DNA of 62,080 nucleotides, filler included, from Coriobacteriales bacterium (lineage in GTDB: Bacteria > Actinomycetota > Coriobacteriia > Coriobacteriales > UBA8131): the NCBI GenBank assembly GCA_031263105.1. It is 10 parts of 10 records of this genome, joined end to end, with 100 filler letters (N's around TTAATTAATTAA, not from the genome) between each part and the next. Parts side by side here need not be neighbours in the genome. Positions count along the whole stretch, not along the records: positions 3,936 to 11,709 come from JAISGJ010000238.1; positions 11,810 to 25,409 come from JAISGJ010000078.1; 8 more parts are not named here. The stretch is one strand, 5' to 3'. A program made the position numbers and the translations under genes. Numbering within the stretch: position 1 is the first letter of the stretch; each line of letters starts with the position of its first letter. Of this stretch, positions 9,423 through 20,900 are shown in pieces. Below the pieces are notes generated by a model. The model was not told where the DNA came from and searched no databases. It saw only the letters and a list, made by a program, of their open reading frames with translations.

Positions 9423-11342
9423 TCAATCCTCCTCAGATGTCATGCCCGACGGCACGCCCAGCACGTCAAGCATCAACAACAGTATAAACGAAAGCCCCAC
9501 ACAGGCCCCGATGGAAGCCGTGTCGTTGATCCACGGGCTGCCATGCAGCACAAAGGCCGCAACGGCCCAGGGCGCGGCGAGCGCCGCACAGCCCAGGAGG
9601 AGCCCCGTGAGGCGCAGGAGGCCGCTTCGGCGCGAGGTGCAAAGCGACATGAGCAAGGCGGCTGCCAGCAGGGAGGCCAGCGTGACCCAGCACAGGGGCT
9701 GCCCGAGATACGCAAGCAGCGATGTGGGGACAAGGCCGTCCGGCGCAGACAGCACGAGGCCCGCAGGCACGATGCTGCCGTTGCCCGTGAAGGCGGCGAG
9801 CGCGACAAGGACGACCCATTGCGCCGTCGCCGCTGCGACCGCGCGCGCCCAAGGCAGGAAGCGGCCTGCAAGCAACGGAAGCGCGAAGGCCATCCCCAGG
9901 GTTCCCAGAAGCGGCGCGAGCGTCACGACGACCGACTCGGCGTGCCCCTTGCGGCCGCAGAGCAGCCACCAGGCCACGAGGGCCAGGGCCAGTGCGCCGG
10001 CGACGAGAAAGGAGCCCTGTGCGGCGATGCCGCCCGCGAGCGTCGCGCAGGCGAGCAGGCTGCCGAGCTGCGGCACGAGGAAGCCCCCGAGCGCGATGAG
10101 GGCGACGACGCCTACGAGGATGACGGACGGCGCGTCGGCCGGCGCCCCCAGCACAGGCAGGGCCGGGAGTCCGGGCGTGGCCGAGAGGTCGAAGCCGCCC
10201 AGCCCTATGGCGGCAAACGTCCCGCAGGCAAGGGCGGCCACCAAGCGGCCGAGCGTGCCCCGCAGACGGCTCGGCAGGCGCTCCCAGAGGGAGGGGGCGC
10301 GAACGGCCGAGGCTGCGGCCGAAAGGTCGTCATGTTCGGCGGCGTCGCTGTCTGCGCCCCAGCCGCCCCAGCCGCCCCTGCGGCCGCCCCCGCCTGCGCC
10401 CCCGCCGCCCCTGCGCCCGCCTGCGCCCTCCTCCCCCTCAAAGGGGCCGTCCGTGCGGGGCCGGTCGTCGGAAGGCGTGCCCTCGTCGAGGTCGCGCTCG
10501 TTGACGCGGCGTTTCAGGCGGCGGCGCCCGGTCTGGGCGTTGCCGAGCAGGGGCATGGCCTCGGCGACGAAGTCCGCGACGCGGGCGAAGCGCAGGTGCT
10601 TGTCCGCCATGAGCGCCGTGACAAGTACCTCGTCAAGTGCGGGGCCAAGGCCGGGCCGCAGCGACGAGGGCAAGGGCAAGGGCTCGTTCAGGATGCGCGC
10701 AAGCGACTCGTCGGTCGTCTGTGCAAAGAAGGGATTGCGGCCCGTGAGCAGCTGGTAGAGCAGGATTGCAAGTGCCCAGAGGTCGGTGCGCTCGTCCACC
10801 TCGCCCTGCATAAGCTGCTCGGGAGGCATATAGCCGATGGTGCCGCCCTGCGGCTCGGCAAAGCCGACGGTCCCCGAGAGCTGGGACAGCCCGAAGTCGC
10901 TCACCTTGAGATGCCCCTTGTGGTCGATGAGGATGTTGTCGGGCTTGATGTCGAGGTGGAGCACCTGGTTCTCATGCGCGTACTCGAGCGCTGCGGCCAC
11001 GTCCTTCACAACGGTGGCGACAAGGTCGAGGTCGAGCAGTTCGGTGCTCTCCCGCAGAAGCGTCCCAAGGGTGGGGCCGTCCACGTATTCCATGATGAGC
11101 AGCGCCTCGGTGCCCGTGACCTCGAAGTCCAGCACGTTGACGATGCGCGCGTCGTTGAGCAGTGCCGCCGTGCGCGCCTCTTGGATGCCGGGCAGGTCGG
11201 TCGCGTCGATGGCAAGGGGGATGCGCTTGATGGCCACCCGGCGTTGCAGCCGGCTGTCCCAGGCGACATCGACCGTGCCGAAGCTCCCCTTGCCGGTGGT
11301 CTCGAGCAGGCGATAGCGGTTGAGGACGAGCGGAGCGGGCAT
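9423..11342 (-). CDS. Hanks-type Ser/Thr kinase with multi-TM C-terminus
   Basis: GKGSFG, VAIK, HLDIKPDN, DFG and YMPPE motifs. Confidence 0.92.
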   Translation of the reverse strand: MPAPLVLNRYRLLETTGKGSFGTVDVAWDSRLQRRVAIKRIPLAIDATDLPGIQEARTAALLNDARIVNVLDFEVTGTEALLIMEYVDGPTLGTLLRESTELLDLDLVATVVKDVAAALEYAHENQVLHLDIKPDNILIDHKGHLKVSDFGLSQLSGTVGFAEPQGGTIGYMPPEQLMQGEVDERTDLWALAILLYQLLTGRNPFFAQTTDESLARILNEPLPLPSSLRPGLGPALDEVLVTALMADKHLRFARVADFVAEAMPLLGNAQTGRRRLKRRVNERDLDEGTPSDDRPRTDGPFEGEEGAGGRRGGGGAGGGGRRGGWGGWGADSDAAEHDDLSAAASAVRAPSLWERLPSRLRGTLGRLVAALACGTFAAIGLGGFDLSATPGLPALPVLGAPADAPSVILVGVVALIALGGFLVPQLGSLLACATLAGGIAAQGSFLVAGALALALVAWWLLCGRKGHAESVVVTLAPLLGTLGMAFALPLLAGRFLPWARAVAAATAQWVVLVALAAFTGNGSIVPAGLVLSAPDGLVPTSLLAYLGQPLCWVTLASLLAAALLMSLCTSRRSGLLRLTGLLLGCAALAAPWAVAAFVLHGSPWINDTASIGACVGLSFILLLMLDVLGVPSGMTSEED

Positions 11343-11409
11343 GACATTCCTTAAGGGTGGGAGTGTTTAAGCTGCATTCAACGGTACCCTTCCAGATGTT
11401 TCACTGCCC

Positions 11410-11418
11410 AGTATACCA
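11410..11418 (-). promoter_or_regulatory. Putative extended -10 promoter for the kinase operon
   Basis: TGGTATACT on the minus strand about 70 nt upstream of the ATG. Confidence 0.5.
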
Positions 11419-11495
11419 GACCGACATACAGCATCCTTGCAGCTCCCCTTATGCGAGAGACTTATGCGAGCGACCCGGTCGGTCACTCTGTGAGG

Positions 11496-11709
11496 GTTAC
11501 ACGTCACACCCCCACTGCCATCCCGGCCCCCACTGCCATCCCGAGCCCCCACTGCCATCCCGGCCCCCACTGCCATCCCGAGCCCCCACTGCCATCCCGG
11601 CCCCCACTGCCATCCCGGCCCCCACTGCCATCCCGGCCCCCACTGCCATCCCGGCCCCCACTGCCATCCCGAGCCCCCACTGCCATCCCGAGCCCCCACT
11701 GCCATCCCG
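11496..11709 (+). repeat. MITE end followed by about ten 19-20-bp tandem copies of the family A arm
   Basis: GTTACACGTCAC then (CCCCCACTGCCATCCCG[A]GC)n up to the gap. Confidence 0.9.
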
Positions 11710-11930
11710 NNNNNNNNNNNNNNNNNNNNNNNNNNNNNNNNNNNNNNNNNNNNTTAATTAATTAANNNNNNNNNNNNNNNNNNNNNNNNNNNNNNNNNNN
11801 NNNNNNNNNCTCGGGGCCCCCCCGGGCCCGGCCCTGGGGGGGGGGGGGGGCCCCGCCACCCCCCCCCCCCCCCCCTCCCCGGGGGGGTGGGGGGGCCCCC
11901 CCCGGGGGGGGGGGGGGGGGGGGTGATCCG

Positions 11931-14900
11931 TCAGCGCAGACGTGTGCGCTTGACGGAGAGGTAGATCAGGAGGCCCGCTATGGTCACCACCAGCAGGGCG
12001 AGGGCGGCGAGGCGGAAGTCGGAGAAGAACGAGGTCAGCCAGGACTGAGAATCGTTCGATCCGACGGGGGTTATGGTGCCCACGTCGCCGAGGATCGTGC
12101 TCGCCTCAATGGCAGCGAGCGGGGACGCCTGCTGCTCGCCGAGCATGGATGCCTGGTCGAAGAGCTCGTAGGTGTCGGTGTCGTAGTTGTAGACGGCGAG
12201 GAGCTGCTGCTTGGGCTCGGGGCGCGTGAGGGAGCCGGAGGAGGGGCCGGAGGGGCCGCCGGAGGAGGAGGAGTTGCCGCCGGAGGAGGAGGAGTTGCCC
12301 ACACCGGGGGCGATGGAGTCGTCGGCATCGCCTGAGACCACCCCGGCGCTTTGCGCCACCCCTCCAGAGGAGGGGAATGTGTCGTCTCCGGCAGTATCGG
12401 AGCCGTCGCCGCTGGCGGAGCTGTCGGGGGCGGGGTTGGCCGCTGAGGCGGCCAAGGATCCCTCGGCTGCGGGGGCTTCGCCCCCTTCGCTCGGGATGAC
12501 AGTAAGGGGGTCGCTCGGGATGACAGTGGAGGGGTCGGCGGCGCTATCGGGGCCATCGGTGGAGGCGGGGCCGCCCGCAGCGGCGGGGCCGTCGAGGGTG
12601 GAGGCGCCGTCGGAGGCGCCGGGGCCGTCGAGGGCGGCGGTGCCGGCGTCGGTGCCGGTGCCGGCTGCGGCGGCGCTGCCGGGGGCGGTGGCGGTGCCGG
12701 GGGCGGAGGGGGTCGCGGCGTTGAGGTAGTAGTCGCTGTTGTTGAGCAGCTGGGAGTTGCCGCGCGGCAGGAGGTCGAGCATCGAGTCGGACTGCGACTG
12801 GAGGAAGCTCGTCGCGTAGTCGATCAGGCTGATGTCGCCTGCGGCGTCGGCCAGCGTGCGCTCCTCGCCCGTGAGGTAGTCGAAGGCGACGACCTTGCCC
12901 GAGGCGTAGCGCACCATCGCGAGCGGGAGGCTGGTGGAGAGGTTGCTGGTCATCTCGACGATGTTGCCGTTGTTGAAGCCCTCGGGCAGCACGACGCCCG
13001 TCTCCGTGGTGTCTGCGATCACGCCGTCGGTGCCCAGCACGGTGAGCAGGTCGTGCGTGGCCGGGGCCGCGCCGCCGGAACCGCCGGAGGCGGAGTCGTC
13101 CGCATCCGTGACCTCGTCCATGATGACCGCGCCCAGGGCCACGGGCAGCGAGGGATGCAGGGCGGCGAGGCGGTCGTCCTTCACGAAGAGCCGCAGCTCC
13201 TGCTCCAGCGTGCCGCTCGCGGGGCCGATGAGCGAGTAGTTCGCGTAGGTGTTGATCGGCATGCCCTCGTACTCGGCGGTAAACAGCGGTTGGGTCGCGT
13301 CGAGCAGGGCGATGTCGGCGGCGGCCGTCGTGCGCAGCACCGTGCCTGTGGCGAGGTCGTAGACGTCGCCGCTGGCCGTAAGCGCCTCGCCGGCGGCGAG
13401 GTTGACGAACTCGCCGGGCAGGAGGGTGCCGGTCTCTGCATCGCCTGCGTAGACTCCGGCGGCCTCAAGGTGGTAGAAGGAGTCGCCCCAGGTCAGGAGC
13501 GTGCGCCGCGCCGTGGCGGGGTCGATGGTGAAGGTCGTGGCCTCGCCGGACTGCGCGGTGACGGTCACGGTGAGCGGGGTCACGAAGTCGTAGCGGAACG
13601 TGTAGGTGCGCTCGGTGAAGGGGGCCTCGTAGAGGGGGGTGGGGGAAGTAGCGGTTGAGGCCGTATCCGATTCCGTTGCGGCCGTTGAGGGGGCGGGGTT
13701 GGCCGCTGGGGCGGCCAAGGATTCCTCGGCTGCGGCGCTGCCGGAGGCAGCGCCTTCGCTCGGAATGACAGTAAGGGCGGAGGGTTCAGCGCCTTCGCTC
13801 GGAATGACAGTAAGGGCGGAGGGTTCAGCGCCTTCGCTCGGAATGACAGTAAGGGCTTCGATGCGAATCGTTGCGGTGGGGAGGATGGAGGGGAACTCCA
13901 GGGTCAGGGTGTCGACGGAGGTGGCGGAGGTGTAGAGCGAGGGGGCCGTGAGCTCGGAGGCGGGGGCGGCGGCGGAGAGGAGGTTGAGGTAGGCGTTCTC
14001 GGCGGCGGTGGTGGGATAGGCGTCGAAGGCGGGCAGGGGGTTGCCGCCGACGAAGGCGGGGTCGGTGCCGTAGAGGGTCGCGTAGTTGGTGCCGATGCGG
14101 GGGTTGTAGATGCCCTTGACGCCCAAGCCGGGGCCGGGGCCACCGGAGCCGTCGGTGCCCATGGTGTAGGGGGCGCCGGCGCGGGTGCCGGAGGCGTAGA
14201 GGTCCTGGGTCTTGTAGGGCAGGTAGCCGGTGCCGTTGGGGCCGGTGGTGGTGCGTATGGAGCCGTAGACCCACGTGGCGTAGTCGCCCGTGAGGCTGTT
14301 GAGGCCCCAGTACATGTTGAAGTCGGTCCGGTTGAGCCTCGTGGCGTCGGCCGTCGCGTCGTTGCGGATGCCTGTGTTCTTCTTCGCGAGCGCCAAGGTG
14401 TGCGTCATCGTGTAGTGCTGGGCCTTGTAGAGCAGGTTCTCGCGGTTGTGGCCCCCGTTCAGGGCGTCGGCAGCGTCGGTGATGGTGATGTCGGAGGTGA
14501 GGTTCACGTTCGCGTAGGTGAGATCCCCGTTTTCTGCGTGCTGCGCGGTCACCGAGCCCGCGCCGCTGAGGTCGTACTCCTCCCAGTAGGCCGTCGCAAA
14601 GCCGAAGGAGGGGTCCTTCGCGAACTTCGTGACGCCGCTTATCTTCATGCGGCTGTACTCGTAGATGCGGTTGCGGAAGACGTTCATGCGGGTGCCGATC
14701 GGAAGCGAGTCGTCGAGGTTGTAGAGGAAGCTGCCGTGGGTGCCAGCGGTCACCACCACGTCGCCCATCACGTGGTTGTTGCGATCGCGGCGCTCGTAGT
14801 CGTAGAGGTTGCCGACGGTGCGCCCCACGATGCCGCCGACGTAGTCCGCGCCCGTGACCGTGCCATAGAAGATGTTGGAGTAGGTGTAGGCGGTGTTGCC

Positions 14901-17900
14901 GCCGGAGAGGATCTGGGTCGCCGTGAGGTGGCCGGCGATGCCGCCGACGGCCGTGCCGCTCCCCGTGACCGTGGTGTTGGCGACGACGTTCTGGAGGATC
15001 GGGTAGTTGTAGAGCCTCCCCGTCACGCCGCCTATGTTGCTCGCGCCGTAGACGATGCAGTCCTTCACCTCGTTGTCCCGGATGTTGCCCGAGGTGTCGT
15101 AGAGGCCGATGACGCCGCCGACGTCCCGTGCGTCCACAGCGCCGATGATGCAGTTCACGACGGCGCAGTACTGGGCGCGGCCGCCACCCGAGATGCCGCC
15201 GATATAGCGGTTGTTGCCCGAGTCGGCGGCGACGGGGGCGAGCGGCGTCCGCCCCGTCCACGTGGTGACCTGGGGGTCGTAGGTGGTCGATATCACGCTG
15301 TCGAGCACCTCGCAGAAGGTCGGCTCGTAGCTGGCGCCCCCATTGATGCCGCCGGAGCGCGTGTTCCCGAACACGGCCACGTCCTGCGCCCTCACGAAGC
15401 GGATATAGCTTGTGGGCACGCCAAAGACCCCGCCTGCATAGGCGCTCACGGAGACGACGGTCACCCGCTCGGCGAGGATGGGGTCTGCGGTGCTCGCGCC
15501 GACGCCGCCGCCCTGGCCGTAGAGGCCGCCGGCATGGCTGTTGGAGACGACGCAGACGTCGCGCGCCACGGACTCGCCGTAGGCGACGTTCGAGAGATAG
15601 TTCGCGTAGCTCACCGCGCCGCCGATGCTGCCGACGTAGGCGCCGCCCGTCGCGCTGTAGACCGTCGTCCACTCGGCGCTGAGGCGATGGATCATGGAGC
15701 GCCCCGCGCCGCCGAAGATGCCGCCGGTCTCAGAGCCGCCGGCGATGATGTTGGGGTTCTTGTACTGGGCCGTGAGCGGGTCGGGGTTCGACACCTGGTC
15801 TCCGCCGGTCCAACGCTGAAGCTCGTCGTCCCTGCCGGGGTAGGCCAGCTCCGGGTTCGCCGTGGCCGTGGTGAGCGTCAGGTCCTCGAAGAGGGGGTCG
15901 TAGGCGATGCCCACCAGGGCGCCGACGCTCGTGCCCCGGGAGCGTATCTCGACGTCCCGCAGCGTCACGTTCTTGACGCTCCCCCCCATCTGCTGGGCGA
16001 TGAAGCCCACGCGGCGCGCGACGTTGTTCTTCGTGGAGTTGACCGCGAGGATCTTGAAGCGGTCGAACTCGAGGTCGGCCACGTCGCCGAGGCTCTGGAC
16101 CACGATGCCCGTCAGGTCCGTGGTCACGGAGCCCGTGGGCAACAGGTTGAGGGTGACGTCCGTGAAGTGGAAGTTCTGCAGCTGCGCGTTGACGGTGCCG
16201 ATGAGGCCCGTGCGCCCTGCCGTGAGGTTCATCGTGAGGTTGCGCACCTCGGACCAGCCGCCCGGATGCAGCGTGTCCGTGGCCCCCAGCAGGCGGTTGA
16301 TGCGCGGGTTGAGGAAGGTGCTCGTCTGGTCCACGGTGATGCCGCTGAAGTCGAGGTCGGCCATCAGGCGGATGTTCTCGTTGGCGTCCCGGTTGTCGGG
16401 GTCGGAGAACCAGCTGACCCACGTCGCCGCAGCCTGCGTGGCGGTGCCGCTGATCGTGCGGAAGGGTATGTTGTTGCCCGCGAACACGATCTGGGACTCC
16501 ACAGGCGCCACCGTGCTGTCGAGGAGGCCTATGCCCGTTATCTTGTAGGTATCCCGGAAGCGCTCGAGGTGGGCGCCTGCGCTGTTGGGGTTCGCGCTGA
16601 ACTTGAAGGTCATGGCCGTCTGCGTGTTCGTCGGCCCTTGGACGTACTTGGACTCGGTGAAGTAGACGTCGTTCAGGAGGCCTGCGTTGGGGACGTAGAT
16701 GTCGTCGATCGTGAGGTAGCGCACCTCGGCCCCCGCAGGATGCGTGATGTTGACGGTCACCGAATAGTCGAGGTCGTTGTTCGTGGCCGCCTGCACGTCG
16801 AGCGTCCAGATCTGCGGCGACTCCACGAGCTGCGGGGTCTGGTAGGGCAGCAGCGTGGCGCCCTTGCGGTCGAGCAGCAAAGGCATATAGCCGCCCTCGA
16901 TGCCCTGGTAGCTGCCGCCTGTCAGGGAGGCGTCCGTGAGGGGGTCGTAGATGAAGACGTCCCCCATATAGGTGTCCATGTAGTAGAACTGCTTGACACG
17001 CAGGCCCGCAGGCGAGACGGCGATGCCGCCGTCGATGCCCGCCGTGGCCGCATCGCCATAGGGCTTCTCGTTGATCTGCTGCGTGTCGACGAAGTAGGTG
17101 GACTTGAAGACGCCCTCCATGCCCGAGGCGGCCGTCCCGCCCGCCGTGCCGATGATGCGGCGGGCGGGACGCTGGGTGTCGATGGGGCTGTAGTAGGCCG
17201 TGCTCTTCACGTTGCCCAGGACCACCATGTCGAAGTCCGCCATGGAGGAGGCGGCGACCGTGGAGTTGAAGCCTATGAGGGCGCCGAGGTTGCCGCCGCC
17301 CGTCGAGCTGATGTCCACGTCCACCCAGCCGTAGCGCAGCATCTGGGTGCTGGTCCGCCAGCCGATGAGGCCGCCTATCTTGCCGAAGGCGGCTGCGGCC
17401 TCGATCGTGCCCTGGGCCGTGACGTAGGTGATGGAGCCGCTGTCGTAGTAGCCCACGAGGCCGCCCGCGCAGGTGCCGTCGAGCTCCGAGTCCGTGATGT
17501 GGGAGATCTGCATGTCGAGGCCCGAGACGAAGCAGTTGCTGATGCGGGTGGAGGAGCCCACCCAGCCCACGAGGCCGCCGGCCCTGAAGCGGGTCTCACC
17601 AGGTGTCGGCAGAGTGCGGGCGCTGTCCTCGATGCGCACCTTCGTCGAGGAGGAGTCGAAGATCTCCACGTAGCGCGCCTCCGCCACGAGGGAGCCGATT
17701 ATATAGCCGCCGCGCAGCGTGGTGTTGTACATATGCACGTTCTGTATGAGTGCGCCCGGCTGCGTGTAGCGCACGAGGCCCACATAGTCGGAGACATCGT
17801 TGCGGACCGTGTAGTTGGTGATGCGCATGTTGGTGAGGCTGCCCGTGAGGTTCGTTATGAGGGCGCCCCAGGCGTTATGGGTGCCCGCAGGGTCGACGTC

Positions 17901-20900
17901 CGCATTGGCGAGGTCGAGGGTCCAGGTGCCCATGAGCTCGTAGTTCTCGTCGTAGTAGCCGCCGTCGAGCCTGCCCGTGAAGTACTTGGCGGCCGTGTTG
18001 GTGCCCTCGCCCAGGATGAGCTCCGTGCCCGCGAGCGACTCCAGCTTGAGGTCGTTGGCAAGGCGGTAGTTCTGCGTGAGGTCGAGGTTGATCTTCCTCC
18101 AGTCGTCGGCGGTGTAGATCATCTTGTAGAACTCGGCGTTCACGGAGTTGACGACGCTCACCTGGTAGTTCGTGGAGGCGTTGGCGGGCCGATACCAGAA
18201 GTCCGAGACGGGATAGGTCGAGCGAAAGACCTGGGGGTTCGTCAGCCGCCAGCGCACGCGCGAGAGGCCGTCTGCGGCGTTGTTCATCTGTGCGCCCTGC
18301 CTCGTCACCGTGAGGTCGCCTATCGCAAGGCCGGTTATCTCGTGGAAGCCGGGGTTCTTGAAGGTCGCAAGCGCGATGGCGTAGTCCTGGTGCTGCTCCT
18401 CGACGAGGATGCTCGAAAGCTCGATGTTCGTGACCGTGCCCAGGTCCGGCAGGGCGATGTAGTCCTGCTGGGGCATGCTGTAGGGCCAGTTCAGCTGCGG
18501 GAAGAAGCCCGTGGCCGCGATGTCTGTGTTGAAGCCGGCGCCGAGCACGGCCTGCTGCCACAGGTTGTCGTAGAGCACGTCGCGCTTGATGGGGGAGTTG
18601 AAGGTGTTGGTGTAGTTCGTGGGGGCGATGTAGTAGGTGTTCGTGCGCGCGCTGCTCGCCTGCCCGCCCACGCCCGGCCCGTTGGCCCCCGTGGGGGAGA
18701 TGGCCCCGTCGACGGTGGGCTCCGCCAGCGTGTAGCTCTGGCGCACGCGCCCGCCGTCGTTGTAGCCCACAAGGGTGCCGATGGTGTTGCGGTCGATGGT
18801 CCGGTTGGCCGTGCCGATGAGCTTCGCCTCGACGGGGATGAGGCTGTAGCAGCCCGTCACCTCGCCCATCGAGCTGTTAGAGCCCACAATGCTGCCTATG
18901 CGGATGGCGCCGAACGCCGCCGCCGCCCCGTCGTGGTGCGTCACGATGGGCACGTAGATGCGGGGGGTGAACGTGTCGCTGGCCGTGGAGCTGTAGACGT
19001 AGGCGCTGCGGATGAGGCCGTTGTTGTAGACGGAGACCAGGCCGAAGTAGCCCCGTGTGCTCGTGTCACACCGCATGTCGACGGCGACGTTCTCAAGGAT
19101 GCCCGTCTCCTCGTTGGAGTAGAGCAGGGGGCTGGTGGCGTAGTTGTAGGCCGTGGGGTACTTGATCACGTTCACCTTGACGTTGGAGATGAGGCCCCGG
19201 TTGGCATAGATGAAGCTGTAGTAGGTGTCGGTCGCGGGGTTCTCGCCCGCAAGCTCGTAGTCGACCTCGACGTTCTTGACGATGCCTCGGGGGCCCAGCA
19301 CGCGGATGAAGCTCTGCCTTTGCGTGCCCTTGTTGTACTCGCCTGTGGTCATGGGCATATAGAAGGAGTGCCCTTGGAAGTCTATCGAGCCTTCGAAGGG
19401 GGTGTTGCCGTCGTCCCGGATGTTGCCCCACCAGGTCTTGGCACGAGATACGTTCGTCGCGTCCACCTTGGTCGCGGCATCGTAGGCAGGGTCGTAGCTC
19501 GGGTCGTTGGCGTAGTACCAGTTCACCATGTCGGCGACCACGATGTAGCGGCCGTAGCGGTCCCCCGGCTCTCCCAGCACCGTGGTGCCCTGGAGCCAGA
19601 GCATCTTCTGGGGCCGGTCGATGGCGCGCACGGCGGAGGACGTGTCGAAGTAGACGTCGTCGAGCATGATGTCGCGGTTGGCCACGCGCACCCAGAGCTC
19701 CACGTGGAACTCGAACTTGCGCTGCAGGGCGGTCACCGCGTCGTCGAGCCAGTCCTTTTGCGGGGGCGAGACGGAGGGGTCGGTGACGTTGTTGTTGTCA
19801 GGGCTCAAGGGGTCGTCGATGAGGTCGAAGGGGACGCCCTCGGAGGGGTTGCCGTCTATGGAGACGTACTCGCCGTAGCCTGGGCGCATGGAGGTGCGCA
19901 GGAAGTAGCGCTGATCGGTCCCCGCAAGGTTGCCCAGCACGTCCGTTATCGTCGTGCGCAGGCTCACGTCGAGGTAGGGGGAGTTGGCGTCGTTGTTCTG
20001 GTTCGCGATGCCGCGCAGCTCGATGTGGCCGCTCAGGCTGTCGACGGTCCGGGCGAGGTAGCAGTTGTCCACAAGGGAGGTCACAGGGTCGCGGTCGCTC
20101 TGTGCGCCGCCGTCTGCCGACGCGAGCACGGGCAGGCGCTGGTTCGTGCGCTGCGAGGTGTAGTCGTTCGCGTCGTAGGCGTCGTTGTAGTCGGCCGCCG
20201 TGAAGGTGATGATGTAGTCCGTCATCTTGTCGAGGTTGCGGATGATGAAGTCCTGCCCGGGGCTCATGTTGGGGGTCACGCGCACCAGGTAGACGGTCCG
20301 GCCCGTGGCGGCGTCGCGCACGTTCATCGTCACCGTGCTCTTGATCACCTCGTCAGGGTCCTCGACGCTCACGCGGTAGAGGTAGACGGAGTCCGTCGTC
20401 GTGAAGATGTCCCCGGCCTTTATCACGCCGCGCGGCTGCTGGCGGCGGGTCGTGAAGGAGGCCAGGTCGTTGGACGTGGGCACGTCGTAGTCCGTGTCTA
20501 TGACGCGGACCTTCGCCGTGATGCCGATGGCGTACTCCGTGCGCGACTTGAGGCCTGTGAGGTCCCAGGTATAGGGCGTGTTGGGCGCAATGCCGCCTTG
20601 GAGCACCTTCTCGAAGGCCGCCCGCTCCAGAGGGTCTGCGCTGTCGCGGCGCAGGACGAGGGTCTGCGTGGGCGTCAGGTCGCCCGGCGCCGTGATCGTG
20701 AAGCGCATCTCCACGAGCAGGTCGCGCATGGCCTGGAGCGTCGCGTAGGAGTTCACGTTGAAGTCGAGGGAGGCCGTCCGGTCCGTGGAGGTGAGGAACT
20801 TCGTCTGGAACACCACCGAGCCGAGCGAGTCGAGCGGGGCGGGTGTGAACTGGTAGGTGGATATCACCTCGTCGTCGAGGTTGCCCAGCGCGTCCGGCCG

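Noticed and set aside
11509..11709. Possible CRISPR array (also 39112-39177, 42575-42641, 47451-47527)
   Set aside because: Units are head-to-tail with no unique spacers, and no cas genes are visible.
11810..11925. Poly-G/C tracts as G-quadruplex or phase-variation sites (also near 39320, 49780, 49990, 57665)
   Set aside because: All lie at contig edges where base calls are unreliable.
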